Below, one piece after another: positions 18,620 to 28,526 of a DNA stretch of 64,000 nucleotides. The position numbers were made by a program, and so were the translations under genes. The DNA comes from a virus (Duplodnaviria > Caudoviricetes). A model generated the notes under the pieces. The model had not been told where the DNA came from, did not search any database, and saw only the letters and a list, made by a program, of their open reading frames with translations. The DNA lies in the IMG/VR virus record IMGVR_UViG_3300010049_000011, positions 64,001 to 128,000 of that record. One strand, 5' to 3'. How positions within the stretch are numbered: position 1 is the first letter of the stretch; every line of letters begins with the position of its first letter.

Positions 18620-19944
18620 CTCTCCAGTTAAAGAGGGGTAGTGCTTCCGACAATAATTCTTTTACAGGACTTCCTGGAGAATTGACTGTTGATCTAGACA
18701 CTCCTTCTCTAAGGCTCCACGACGGATTAACATCAGGCGGCTTAACTATCCAGACATCTCCAAGAACGGTCTACGGGTACTACTACTTTCCTACAGATAT
18801 GTTTTATTGGGATCCAGGTTGCACCTTTCCTATAACAGAGGACTACCAGGGAAACGTAGGCTCAGATCCACAAGAAGGAAACAAGTTCTTCGATATTCGG
18901 TACGGTGTGGGGAATGCTAAAGAGTTTATATATTGCCTCGCTGGAGGCGGTAGGTATAGTAGTCGTAGGTTCTTGCGTAAGAGATCGAACTTGGGTGTTA
19001 GACCTAATTTCAAGGCCGTAGATTACACCCAATCCGTTAGTTCGAACTCTCAATCTCTGGTGTGTAATTTTCGCGGGTCTCTGTTTCACGGAAATCGTGC
19101 TAATACCGGTATGGGTTTTCATACGTTTATAGGCTCTCCTGAGGTTATTAGATTCTCGGGTCATAGTATAATTTGGCCTGCATCTAGAGATTGGATAGCA
19201 GGGACTTACGTTGGTCGTAGATCTAGTGACGGTTCGGATGTGTATTTGTTGGGGTGGACTAATAGAGGGTTAGCGAGAATTGTAGTAGACAACCCTGATA
19301 GCGGTACTCCTGCGTTAAACCCTGAGAGTGCTGAATTACCTCTTCCTGTAGGATGGGTGAACGATATACGTAAATTGAATACGTCGTATTATTGTTGGGA
19401 TAACTCAGGAACACCAACAACGGTGTTGGTGGGTAATGGAAACCAGATAGTTGCGTGTACTTATGATGTAGACCTTAACCCTGTTTGGGGAACCGTTAAC
19501 ACCACACCTATAGCTATAGATACGTATGCTACTGCCTGTGGGGTGTCTGGACTTCCCTTCGACGACGATATCGTGGAACACTTTCAGACTCAATACGGTG
19601 GATCTCAAGGTGTAGTTTCTTATATATCTAGATCCACAGGGGAACTGTTAAACTCCATTGCATTCCCTAATGTCGGAACAGGTTTAAATTCCTCGGCGGC
19701 GTTTTGGGATCTACAATTAGACGTAATAATCCACCAACAGAACGCCTCAGCGAACAATTTCGGCGGTTTTAGTGTGAACACCGACGACTTAGGGGATTCT
19801 CCTTCTTGGGTTGCTTACAGGTTCTGGTTGACGGATACTGCAAACACAACTAATGGAGAGTTCGCTAACTGCGCCTTTGACGGTCTCGGTAACTTCTGGT
19901 CTGGTAGGAACGCTGCGGTTCTCCAGTACGGAAGTTTGGATTAA
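18610..19944 (+). CDS. Receptor-binding/fibre protein with Mtd_N-like N-terminus
   Basis: LQLKRG..FTGLPGELTVD.D..LRLHDG.T.GG; beta-rich C-terminus; ATG 18610 preferred to the track start. Confidence 0.7.
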   Translation: MCKTLQLKRGSASDNNSFTGLPGELTVDLDTPSLRLHDGLTSGGLTIQTSPRTVYGYYYFPTDMFYWDPGCTFPITEDYQGNVGSDPQEGNKFFDIRYGVGNAKEFIYCLAGGGRYSSRRFLRKRSNLGVRPNFKAVDYTQSVSSNSQSLVCNFRGSLFHGNRANTGMGFHTFIGSPEVIRFSGHSIIWPASRDWIAGTYVGRRSSDGSDVYLLGWTNRGLARIVVDNPDSGTPALNPESAELPLPVGWVNDIRKLNTSYYCWDNSGTPTTVLVGNGNQIVACTYDVDLNPVWGTVNTTPIAIDTYATACGVSGLPFDDDIVEHFQTQYGGSQGVVSYISRSTGELLNSIAFPNVGTGLNSSAAFWDLQLDVIIHQQNASANNFGGFSVNTDDLGDSPSWVAYRFWLTDTANTTNGEFANCAFDGLGNFWSGRNAAVLQYGSLD

Positions 19945-19960
19945 TTATCCTACCCAATCA

Positions 19961-20041
19961 AATTTATTTATTAGCTTTGCTAGGTTCTTGGTTCAAAAAC
20001 CAAATTTTCCGCTTGACTTTTGGAAGGAAGCGAGCTATCGT
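19961..20041 (+). promoter_or_regulatory. Early sigma70-type promoter with upstream box
   Basis: Box ..CTTTGCTAGGT ends 19985; TTGACT 20013; 17 bp; TATCGT 20036. Confidence 0.75.
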
Positions 20042-20084
20042 TGGAAAGCATGGAACAAAAAGAAAGGGGACAAGGTTGGAGAAA

Positions 20085-21047
20085 GTGAGCAAATCGGGCC
20101 ATGTGGGGATTTATCCACTCCCGGAGGACGTCGGGGGATACAGGGTTTGTGTTTTCAAAGATGGGTGGGAGTATAGAATTTCGAAAGTGTCGTCGATCGA
20201 AGAAGGTTTGGAGAGACAAGTCGGTCTCAAAAAATTATTCTTCAAGGCGAGAGAAGGTTTGTGGAGCCCAAACGACGTGAAAAGTCAAGCGGAACTTCTT
20301 GGTTGGAGGGTGAAAGACAACTATAGAAAACCTGCGGAGATAAAAACAAACCAGGACAAAGTTTCCAGACCAAAAAGACACCTGGGAGCCTGGAGGATAT
20401 ATTTCACAGCCAAAGAAGGTTACAAAACCTCGAGGTCGTGGAAGACCGAGGAGGAGGCTCAGAAAGCTTATAAGGATTTTCAGAACTGGATCCTCGAAGG
20501 CCGGGATATCTCAACTTGTTTTGGTCGAGGGAAGAAAGCTCCAGGATGCAGTGCTGTGAAAGAGACGAATTTCAGCAAGCTAACTTTCGAGAACTGGAAA
20601 GATAACATACCTTTGGTTCGAGAGAAGATCAGATTCTCTAGGGAAGAGGGAGTTAACGAGATATACGACCTTTTTGAGAATTCTCTCGAAGGATCCACCC
20701 ACTTATACCTTAAAGTTTGGGACTCGGAGAGAAAAGATTGGGTTATAGAGATCCGTCCAAACACAGAAACCTGCGAGGAGGAGCTATTCTCCATCTATAG
20801 AACTTATCAGACCTCTCCCAAGCCTAGCGTTGGTGTTGTGGAAGAGAGTGGAGATCTCTTGAGACTTTCTGATCCTTGTGGTGGAAAGAAGCAAGGGACG
20901 TATAACACGAGAACTCTTCAACTGACCACTGAATTTTATGAGGTTAGGTTCTTTTCTCAGGAACAAGCGGACAAGGCTCTTGCTCCGTACGACGTTATAG
21001 ATTTGGCGGGTTCTGATTTGAAGTTGATTAAAACAAGAACAAAGTAA
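20085..21047 (+). CDS. Early protein with AP2/Arm-like DNA-binding segments
   Basis: Start revised to GTG 20085 (GGAG upstream, downstream of promoter); SKSGHVGIY..YRVCV and WRIYF..SRSWKTEEEAQ. Confidence 0.45.
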   Translation: MSKSGHVGIYPLPEDVGGYRVCVFKDGWEYRISKVSSIEEGLERQVGLKKLFFKAREGLWSPNDVKSQAELLGWRVKDNYRKPAEIKTNQDKVSRPKRHLGAWRIYFTAKEGYKTSRSWKTEEEAQKAYKDFQNWILEGRDISTCFGRGKKAPGCSAVKETNFSKLTFENWKDNIPLVREKIRFSREEGVNEIYDLFENSLEGSTHLYLKVWDSERKDWVIEIRPNTETCEEELFSIYRTYQTSPKPSVGVVEESGDLLRLSDPCGGKKQGTYNTRTLQLTTEFYEVRFFSQEQADKALAPYDVIDLAGSDLKLIKTRTK

Positions 21048-21069
21048 TATAAACTGGAAGGAAAAGAGT

Positions 21070-21801
21070 ATGGAAAACCAAGAGATAGTCAGCGTTGTGA
21101 CTGACGTAACGGAAGAAATAAAAGATATTGTTCGAGACAAGGATGTTCGAGAAAAAATTCTCAAGGAATCTCGGATCACGCGAGAAAAGTGGCTTGAAGA
21201 CGCTTACTCAAAGCTGAAAGGCGTGTTCCCAGCGTCCTATGATCTCCCTCAAACAGCCTCTATAAGCGTTGGAGATTGCGGGATGGATGTTTTAGGTAGG
21301 TGTTATAACGCAACAATCCATACGGGGAACTTGTTCACAATTATCTTGGATTTTACAGAAGACCGACCACTCAATGTCTTGGGAACTCTCCTCCATGAGA
21401 TGATCCACTGTCTCGAAGGGTGCAGGAATCACGGAAATAAATTCATGAAGGTCTGTTTTGAGGTCGGCCTCGCTATGGTTTGTAAAAATGGCCACACAGA
21501 AATTACGGAGCAGCTCAAACCTAGGCTCGAAAAGATCGCACAAGAGCTTGGTCCTTTCCCCCACAAGAAAATTGTCAGACCTATCAGGGACAGAAATATG
21601 AGGGAACCTGCGATAAAACTGATCTGCATCAACGGACACGAAGGACCCGACACAGAGAATCTTCACTGCGAATATCGGATAAAAGAGAAATTCTTCAAGG
21701 TAAAGATGGAAGCTTTCAAATGCCCTGTCTGTGATAGATTGATGCAGGATCTCAGAGTTCATCTCGGAACCAAGAAAGGGGTCGAAGTTGAAGACGTATA
21801 A
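21070..21801 (+). CDS. SprT-like zinc metalloprotease
   Basis: TLLHEMIH..NHG..F; C-terminal CPVC. Confidence 0.8.
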   Translation: MENQEIVSVVTDVTEEIKDIVRDKDVREKILKESRITREKWLEDAYSKLKGVFPASYDLPQTASISVGDCGMDVLGRCYNATIHTGNLFTIILDFTEDRPLNVLGTLLHEMIHCLEGCRNHGNKFMKVCFEVGLAMVCKNGHTEITEQLKPRLEKIAQELGPFPHKKIVRPIRDRNMREPAIKLICINGHEGPDTENLHCEYRIKEKFFKVKMEAFKCPVCDRLMQDLRVHLGTKKGVEVEDV

Positions 21802-22171
21802 CAAAATATTCGAGAAAGACGTCGAGAGGACTTGGGGGTTCTCCCATAAGGATATACCTAATAGGGAGCAAGACATTCTCCACGCTGCGTTAGGGTTGTC
21901 TGGAGAAGTTGGAGAAGTCTGTGATGTACTTAAGAAGTCTCTAGCGGTTGGAAAACCTATAGATGAAGAAAATCTACTAGAGGAACTAGGGGATGTAGCT
22001 TATTACGTCTTCATAATCCTAAACAGAATCGGGAGATCCCTCTCAGAAGCTCAGAAGAAGAATATAGCTAAGAGGGCTGTCAGGTTCCCTAGAGGATTCT
22101 CAGAAGATAGGTTCGATCGTAAAAACAGAAACCTAACCCAGGAAAGGAAAGCCCAAGATGGACAAAGATAG
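21788..22171 (+). CDS. MazG-like nucleotide pyrophosphohydrolase
   Basis: LGLSGEVGEV.D..KK..EELGDV.YY..NIAKR..RFP.GFS. Confidence 0.9.
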   Translation: MKTYNKIFEKDVERTWGFSHKDIPNREQDILHAALGLSGEVGEVCDVLKKSLAVGKPIDEENLLEELGDVAYYVFIILNRIGRSLSEAQKKNIAKRAVRFPRGFSEDRFDRKNRNLTQERKAQDGQR

Positions 22172-22451
22172 CGCAATAACGTATTTCCTAGACCACTTCG
22201 ATGCGTTATTAATATCAGGATCGGTATGTAGCAAGTGTCGTGTAGTTAAGGATTTATTGTTTAGGAAATTTTCCAGTGTTCCTGTTGGAATTGTAGAGGC
22301 AGACTCTGCAACAAGAGATGAAGACGTGATAATCTTAGAGGCCTTTAATGTCCAATCCATTCCTGTAGTGATAAATCTAAAGACGAAAGAGAAGTTGGTT
22401 GGGGACGAGATCACCGAACTCTCTCTTAAGGAGCTGCTGCATGTACAGTAA
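22158..22451 (+). CDS. Thioredoxin/glutaredoxin-like protein
   Basis: CSKC and VQSIPVV cis-Pro motif. Confidence 0.7.
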   Translation: MDKDSAITYFLDHFDALLISGSVCSKCRVVKDLLFRKFSSVPVGIVEADSATRDEDVIILEAFNVQSIPVVINLKTKEKLVGDEITELSLKELLHVQ

Positions 22452-22803
22452 GACGGATAGACAGGTCCTGGTTTCTGTGCAAGAGATAATAGACGAGGCC
22501 TACCTAAACCTTGAGGATAAAGGAGATCTTTGTGAGTTTCACGAGAGCCTAAAGGGGTTGTTGAGGGTGGTTAAAAACCACCTATATTTCGAGCACTACA
22601 AAACTCTCTACATTGAGGAGTTAGGTTTGGGAAACAGGTTGGTTTCCGCCTTAAGACGTATAGACGTGAGAGTAGTAGGGGATTTATATAAGCCTCAGGG
22701 TCCTGTCCTTAAGGGAATCGCAGGTATCGGCGCTAAGTCCCTTCTAGACTTGAAAAAGAAACTAAAAGAGCTAGGCCTCGAACTACCGCAAAGGAAGATA
22801 TGA
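22441..22803 (+). CDS. Protein with RNA polymerase alpha-CTD-like domain
   Basis: IEELGLGNRLVSALRR..VGDL..LKGIAGIGAKSL.DLK..L.ELGLEL. Confidence 0.75.
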   Translation: MYSKTDRQVLVSVQEIIDEAYLNLEDKGDLCEFHESLKGLLRVVKNHLYFEHYKTLYIEELGLGNRLVSALRRIDVRVVGDLYKPQGPVLKGIAGIGAKSLLDLKKKLKELGLELPQRKI

Positions 22804-23123
22804 TGGATATAAGAATTGAAACACTACTAGGTAAAGTCGAGAACATTCTTGAGTCAAAGAATTCGAGTTCCGAGACTTTGAATATCTTCCTAGATGATGT
22901 AGCAGATTTTGCCAAAAATTGTGGTATTTTTTACAACCAGCAGGTTGAGAAGTTTAAAGATCTATCAGAAGATGGTAAGGCTTGTGTTGTTGCTCTCGAG
23001 TCCTTGCTGGGGGAGTTTAAAGAGCTCCAGAACACGTCATCTAAAGACACTTTTCACATAGACGTGATGGAACTGATTCGGGCCATCGTCACAGTGTTGG
23101 TGAAGTTCGAGCAACCTGCTTAG
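22800..23123 (+). CDS. Hypothetical protein
   Basis: Coupled ORF, 107 aa. Confidence 0.6.
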   Translation: MMDIRIETLLGKVENILESKNSSSETLNIFLDDVADFAKNCGIFYNQQVEKFKDLSEDGKACVVALESLLGEFKELQNTSSKDTFHIDVMELIRAIVTVLVKFEQPA

Positions 23124-23136
23124 GTTAGGAACCGAC

Positions 23137-24753
23137 GTGGTAAGGGTTGAAGCAAGAAGTTGTGAACTGAGATCCGTCTCCCTAAAAGAGGCGGATTTAT
23201 TTTTAATTAACCACCACAGACAGAAGTCGTGCGTAGGACAAGAACATAGATATGGCCTATTTTATAATAAAGATTTAATTGCGGTTATGACGTTCGGAAA
23301 ACCTAGATACAATAGACATTTTCAGTTCGAAATTCTTAGGTTGTGTTTCCGAGAAGGGTACTTAGTGGTCGGCGGCAGCGAGCGGATGTTCGCTAACTTC
23401 TTAAAAGACGTTTCCCCTATTTCTATACTATCTTACTGTGATAAGAGATATTACACAGGGGAAGTCTACAAAAGATTAGGGTTCAACCACTTATACGATT
23501 CTCCTCCTCAGAAGATCTGGTGTAAGGGAGACAAGAAGATAACGTCCAATCTTCTGAGGAGATACGGACCAGATAGACTTATAAGAACCGGGGACGGGAA
23601 AGGGTCTGATAACGAAGAGATTATGTTGAGGGAAGGGTGGGTTCCCGAGGAAGATCTAGGTCAGGGAGTTTGGGTTTGGGAATCTCCGGTTAGAGGGAAA
23701 GTTGGTTACATATGTAGGATAATAAACAAGATAAACAACAGTACTTACGTAGGGCAGAAGTATTGGGGAGAGGAAGGTATAGACCCCACGTACTTAGGGA
23801 GCGGTACTCTAATAAAGAAGGCTGTAGAGAAGTACGGAAAAGACAATTTTAAGGTTGAGTTAATCGAGGAGTGTTATTCTGTTTTTGATCTTAATAGGAA
23901 AGAAATCGAGTACATAGAGTCTGAACGGAAGGTGGGGGGAGCTGAGTATAACATCACCTCCGGAGGGTTCTGGGGGTATGGTGTTGTTTCGGAAGAGACT
24001 AAGAGAATTATCTCCCAAAACAGCAAGAAGATGTGGGAAGATGAGGAATTTAAAGAACACATGACTAAAGTGTTTAAAGACCGTTGGAAGGATCTGGAGT
24101 ATAAGAAGAGGGTAGTAGAGGCTATAGTTGCTTCTCAGAAAACCGAGTCTTACATACAAAAAGCAACCAACTCGGCTAGGGACCGTTGGATCGATCCCGA
24201 GCAGCGGAAGAAGGTATCGGAGGCCGTCAAAGAATACTACGACAAAACCGAAGGATCTAGAGAGAAGTGTTCGGAGATCTCTAAAAAGACGTGGGAAGAT
24301 GAAGAGTTAAGAACTCGACAATCTAACACTTATAAAGAAAAATGGAAAGATCCTAAGTTCAGGGCAGAGAGGATTAAAAAGACTCAAGAAGCGAGAAGTA
24401 CTGAAGAGGCTAAGAAGAAGACATCCCAAGCTTCAATAGAGATGTGGAAGGACCCAGAATTCAGGGAAAGAGAGACGTTGAGAAAGAAAGAATCCGTGAC
24501 TGAAGAATTCCGAGACTTAGTTTCCCAAAACAGCAAGAATCTCTGGAAAGACGAAGAGTATAGAAGAAAACGTAAGGAATCCTTAGATAAATATAGATCC
24601 TCTAGAGAGGGCAAAGAGAAGTGCTCTGCTGTTTCAAAGAAAGTTTGGGTAGACCCAGAGAGAAGGAAGGCAGCGTCGGAGAAGAGAAAGGTCCTGTGGA
24701 AGGACCCAGAATTCAGGGAAAAGATGAGATTAAACTCCGGTTCTAAACCCTAA
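23137..24753 (+). mobile_element. Free-standing homing endonuclease: Mom/GNAT-like domain, Seg-like GIY-YIG, W-x-D-P-E helical repeats
   Basis: GYICRIINKINNSTYVGQK..YLGSG..IKKAVEKYGKDNFKVELIEE..E..YN; about ten WKDPEFR-like repeats. Confidence 0.85.
24740..24748 (+). promoter_or_regulatory. Putative late promoter GTTCTAAAC
   Basis: In the last codons of the endonuclease, before virion gene 24778. Confidence 0.5.
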
Positions 24754-24777
24754 CTAACTCTCGCTAGGACTTAACGT

Positions 24778-25377
24778 ATGCCGACTAATCAAATTTCTTC
24801 CCAACAGCTGCAACCAGAAGTTCTTCTCTCGCTCGTAACTCAGCTTGGGTCCAATTTCCTACCGACTCAGATAATTTTAGGACAACCAGGGTCCACTCGT
24901 GCCCTTCAAGCTGTCGTTAATACGTATACCTTGTTTAATAAGACTATAAACGGGACTGGAAACGATGTGAACGGCGTAGCATTCAATGGAATAGCATACG
25001 GCGCTAATTATATGGATGTAGCGGAATACTACGTGTCGGATAGAGATTACGCGCCAGGCACGTTGATCAGGTTTGGTGGATCTAAAGAGATCACCCAAAC
25101 AGAACCAGATATGGAAGTACATGGAGTTGTCTCTGAGAAGCCGGGATTGATATTAGGGGAGCCTGGAGAGGGTAAACTGAAGGTTGCGCTCATAGGTCGG
25201 GTTCCCGTCCTATTCGACGGTGCTGAGTGCCCTCCTAAGGGAACTAAGTTGTATAGATCGAGAAGTATCCCTGGAAAGGCATCTACGTCAATCACCGGTA
25301 TTCCTTTCGGGGTAGTCGTCGGAGAAGCTCTCGATTCCAAGGGACGTGTAGAGTGTGTTGTTCGCCTTTCCTTCTAG
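24778..25377 (+). CDS. Virion protein with DVAEYY domain (paralogue of the 13208 C-terminus)
   Basis: ANYMDVAEYY..DYAPGTLIRFGGSKEIT..ALIGRVPV. Confidence 0.7.
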   Translation: MPTNQISSQQLQPEVLLSLVTQLGSNFLPTQIILGQPGSTRALQAVVNTYTLFNKTINGTGNDVNGVAFNGIAYGANYMDVAEYYVSDRDYAPGTLIRFGGSKEITQTEPDMEVHGVVSEKPGLILGEPGEGKLKVALIGRVPVLFDGAECPPKGTKLYRSRSIPGKASTSITGIPFGVVVGEALDSKGRVECVVRLSF

Positions 25378-25418
25378 TCGGTTAGTTAAATTCGCTAATC
25401 TATTGTAAGGAATCTAAT

Positions 25419-25739
25419 ATGTCTGCAAGTCAATATTCTGACTTAACCCCGTTTAATAATACCTTAATCGTTAAAGAAATAGATACCTCAGAGCAAGATC
25501 TCGGGGCCGGTTTGTATTCTCCTCCTTCTTCAGGCAGCGTTGTTGAAGCAGAGGTACTAGCTGTCTCTGAGTTGGTCTACAACGATCGAGAATCGAAGAT
25601 CGTGCCCTCCAACAGTCCTGTGGTTGCTGGAGATATCGTTATTTTTAGTAAGTTCTCGGGGACTGACTACGACTACAACGAATCTAAGTGTAAGTTGATA
25701 AAAATCACAGACATAATGTCCTATAGGAGGAAAATCTAA
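25419..25739 (+). CDS. groES: Co-chaperonin GroES
   Basis: LTPFNNTLIVK..GLYSP..AEVLAV..V.AGDIVIFSKFSGT..DIM. Confidence 0.9.
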   Translation: MSASQYSDLTPFNNTLIVKEIDTSEQDLGAGLYSPPSSGSVVEAEVLAVSELVYNDRESKIVPSNSPVVAGDIVIFSKFSGTDYDYNESKCKLIKITDIMSYRRKI

Positions 25740-27373
25740 TGCAGATGGTAGCGACTAAAGTTCTCTTCGGAAAAGAGGCTCAGGATAAACTAATAGAGGG
25801 AATCGAGCTCGTCCATAACGCGGTCTCTTCGACTCTAGGGCCTGGAGGTCGTTGTGTTCCTATTATGGTAAGCAATGCTCTCAACTTTAAGATCAGCAAA
25901 GATGGAGTTAGCGTGGCTAAATGTATCTCCTCTAGAGATGCGGCGGTCAATGTTGGTGTTAGACTGATCAAGCATGCAGCAGAAACCGCAGGTAGAGTGG
26001 GAGACGGAACGACGACAGCTACAGTTCTCGCATACTCTCTAATTAGAGAGGCCCAGAAATATATAGTTCCTGGTACTAACGTAAACTCCTTGACGGAGGG
26101 AATAGATCTCGAACTCACGAGAGTCCTAAACTATCTAGACGATAAGAAAGTTAAGATTGATATAAGCAGCTCTATGCTTGATCATGTGGCGGCAGTTTCT
26201 TGTAATGGAGACATTAAATCTTCTTCGATAGTCGTCGAGGCTATTAGATTCGCCGGAGAAGACGGGTCTGTTGTAGTCGAAAAATGTCCCGAGTACCAAC
26301 ACACACAGATCAAGAAGGTTGAAGGGATGAAATTCGCTAAGGGTTTGTTCTCGTCCAACTTCGTAAACACTCCTGAATCTGGAGAAGCTGTATACGAAGA
26401 TGGTATAATCTTAGTGACGGATAAGTCGATAGTGTCTAAGAACTCCCTCATGCCTTTATTAAGAGAGCTTGCAGGATCTAACACTCCAGTTGCAATAGTC
26501 TGTCCTAAACTGTCTGGAGAGGCCCTCGAGTTTTTATCTTTCAATAGGTTAAAATCAAATCTCCCTGTAGCGGCTATCTTGGCTCCTGGGATTGAGGGGT
26601 CGGAACACCAGAAAGAAATCCTAAAAGACATAGCGGCCTACACAGGAGGAACTTTCATCTCCTCTGAGACAGGGTACTCCAGTATAGAGACTGTTAAGAT
26701 CTCTAATCTAGGGAAATTCCGCAAGATAGTTTCTTCGAGAGGAGATCACCCCGAGACCACCATCCTTGGCACTACAGACTCTACGATACAAGCAGTAAGA
26801 GACGATCGAATACTTCTTCTTAAGTCCCAGAAAGAAGCAGCTACTAATACGTTCGACAAGGAAAGGTTCGCTGAGAGAATCGGTTGCCTTAGCAGCGGAA
26901 TAGCTGTGATCCAGGTTGGAGCTAAAACAGAACAAGAAATCCCTGAGATAAAAGACCGTATAGACGACGCTTTGTGCTCAGTTAGATCGGCTCTGAGAGA
27001 TGGAGTGCTTCCTGGAGGTGGTTCCTCTCTGATCTCTGCAAAAAGTTCTCTCGGGAAACCCTCAGACTCCGATAGGGATGTAGAGAGCGGTAAGATGGTC
27101 CTCTGGAATGCTTTAGAGTCCCCTCTCAGGGTGATAATGGCGAACGTGGGAATATCCTTCGACGAGTATAAGAAGGATCTGCAATCGTGCGACTTTGGTC
27201 TCGGTTATAATGCTAAATCTAAGAAGATGAGTAATCTCATAGAAGATGGAGTTATGGATTCCTTTGGGGTTGTGTCTTCCTCCCTAAAAGCAGCAGTAAG
27301 TACCGCAACGCTTATTCTTAAATCCTCTGCTCTTATATGTCCTGACATAGACATTAGTGGGATTGAGGGGTAG
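25739..27373 (+). CDS. groEL: Chaperonin GroEL
   Basis: TLGPGGR, KDGVSVAK, GDGTTTATV, KDRIDDAL, GVLPGGG. Confidence 0.97.
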   Translation: MQMVATKVLFGKEAQDKLIEGIELVHNAVSSTLGPGGRCVPIMVSNALNFKISKDGVSVAKCISSRDAAVNVGVRLIKHAAETAGRVGDGTTTATVLAYSLIREAQKYIVPGTNVNSLTEGIDLELTRVLNYLDDKKVKIDISSSMLDHVAAVSCNGDIKSSSIVVEAIRFAGEDGSVVVEKCPEYQHTQIKKVEGMKFAKGLFSSNFVNTPESGEAVYEDGIILVTDKSIVSKNSLMPLLRELAGSNTPVAIVCPKLSGEALEFLSFNRLKSNLPVAAILAPGIEGSEHQKEILKDIAAYTGGTFISSETGYSSIETVKISNLGKFRKIVSSRGDHPETTILGTTDSTIQAVRDDRILLLKSQKEAATNTFDKERFAERIGCLSSGIAVIQVGAKTEQEIPEIKDRIDDALCSVRSALRDGVLPGGGSSLISAKSSLGKPSDSDRDVESGKMVLWNALESPLRVIMANVGISFDEYKKDLQSCDFGLGYNAKSKKMSNLIEDGVMDSFGVVSSSLKAAVSTATLILKSSALICPDIDISGIEG

Positions 27374-27397
27374 AGTTCGCTAGCGAACTTTCTAAAT
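27374..27397 (+). promoter_or_regulatory. Perfect 16-bp palindrome (terminator or operator) abutting late motif TTCTAAAT
   Basis: AGTTCGCTAGCGAACT 27374-27389, then TTCTAAAT 27390-27397. Confidence 0.55.
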
Positions 27398-27430
27398 AAT
27401 GCGTAATAATCAGTGGTTTTGAGCTAATTT

Positions 27431-28096
27431 ATGGATCACAATAAGAACCTTCGAAGTGAAGTGATAAATAGATCGGCTCTTTACCAATCTGAGCTTAGAG
27501 ACAGAGCAATACGTATGTACGGCATTAAGGTCTCCCATAAGAGGCCTAAAGAAGACCCTAAATATCAGGGCGTGTATACAGACTATGACAACGAGACGGA
27601 ATTTGAGACTAAAGAGGTGTATGTACATCCTCAATTCAAAGAATACTACTCTGTAATAAACGAAGCAGGATATAACGCAGAGGACAACTACCCTCTAACA
27701 GTCTCTATAATGTCTAAGGAATACGTTCCAGAGAACTCGAGATTTATTATAGACAGGCTCGGAGATAACGGCGAGACGTACAATCAAGAATGGAAGGTAC
27801 TGTCGACAGAAGTAAAACAGATCGACGGGACTTATTCAAGGATAGCTTCCTGTGTTCCCGCGAGGACCAACAAAACTCGAACGAGTCGCTTAGGTCTAGT
27901 TGTCGCTCGGTTCGATATCTCTTCAGTAGAGATGCACTCATCTAAGAACGCATCTACAGATAACGTGCAATTAGCTCCGATCGAGGAAAGGTTTATATTT
28001 AATCTTGAGACTGGGGTGCAGAGAACCGACCACAGACTGAGGCCTTTAATGGTTCGGTTCTCGGCCCGCATAAGACAACCATCAATACTAGCATAA
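27431..28096 (+). CDS. Head closure/neck protein (gp14-like)
   Basis: AIRMYGIKV..R..D..Y pattern; after a late motif. Confidence 0.45.
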   Translation: MDHNKNLRSEVINRSALYQSELRDRAIRMYGIKVSHKRPKEDPKYQGVYTDYDNETEFETKEVYVHPQFKEYYSVINEAGYNAEDNYPLTVSIMSKEYVPENSRFIIDRLGDNGETYNQEWKVLSTEVKQIDGTYSRIASCVPARTNKTRTSRLGLVVARFDISSVEMHSSKNASTDNVQLAPIEERFIFNLETGVQRTDHRLRPLMVRFSARIRQPSILA

Positions 28097-28105
28097 GGAA
28101 TTAAT

Positions 28106-28516
28106 ATGTCTGGACTAACAAACACAGCTCGCGATGCTATACTAAATTGGGTCGCTCTAGGGAATTCTGGAGAGTTTCTCCCCCCTAAGAATCTAACGGT
28201 GGGACTTTTCCTCGAGGATCCGACCCCCGGAAACGTGGGGGTGGAGGTATCTACTGAGAATACAGGGTACCAGCGCATGTCTATGTCTTTTATCCCTGGC
28301 CTGAATCCAGGTTCCGTCCGAAACGGGAGTGCGATTATATATCCTCAGGCGACCTCTAACTGGGGTATTGTAAAGTTCGTTGGAGTATTCGGAGTTATAG
28401 ACGATACTAACGTAGAGCAGCTACTCTTTTACACCAACTTAATCTCTCCGACTGAGGTTCCTGTTGGAGCTGTTACGTCGTTTAACCCAGGAAATCTGGA
28501 AATATCTTTGGTCTAA
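28106..28516 (+). CDS. Virion structural protein (small beta-sandwich family)
   Basis: VGLF..DP..EVS..GYQR..I.YP.AT.NWG.V..VG. Confidence 0.7.
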   Translation: MSGLTNTARDAILNWVALGNSGEFLPPKNLTVGLFLEDPTPGNVGVEVSTENTGYQRMSMSFIPGLNPGSVRNGSAIIYPQATSNWGIVKFVGVFGVIDDTNVEQLLFYTNLISPTEVPVGAVTSFNPGNLEISLV

Positions 28517-28526
28517 GAGGCGTATT

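Noticed and set aside
19977-20084. Track start codons at 19977 (and likewise 45820)
   Set aside because: These extensions run through the conserved promoter elements; downstream starts at 20085 and 45910 fit better
23124-24777. Group I intron around the GIY-YIG endonuclease
   Set aside because: Flanking genes are intact and the spacers (13 and 24 bp) leave no room for an intron core; treated as free-standing
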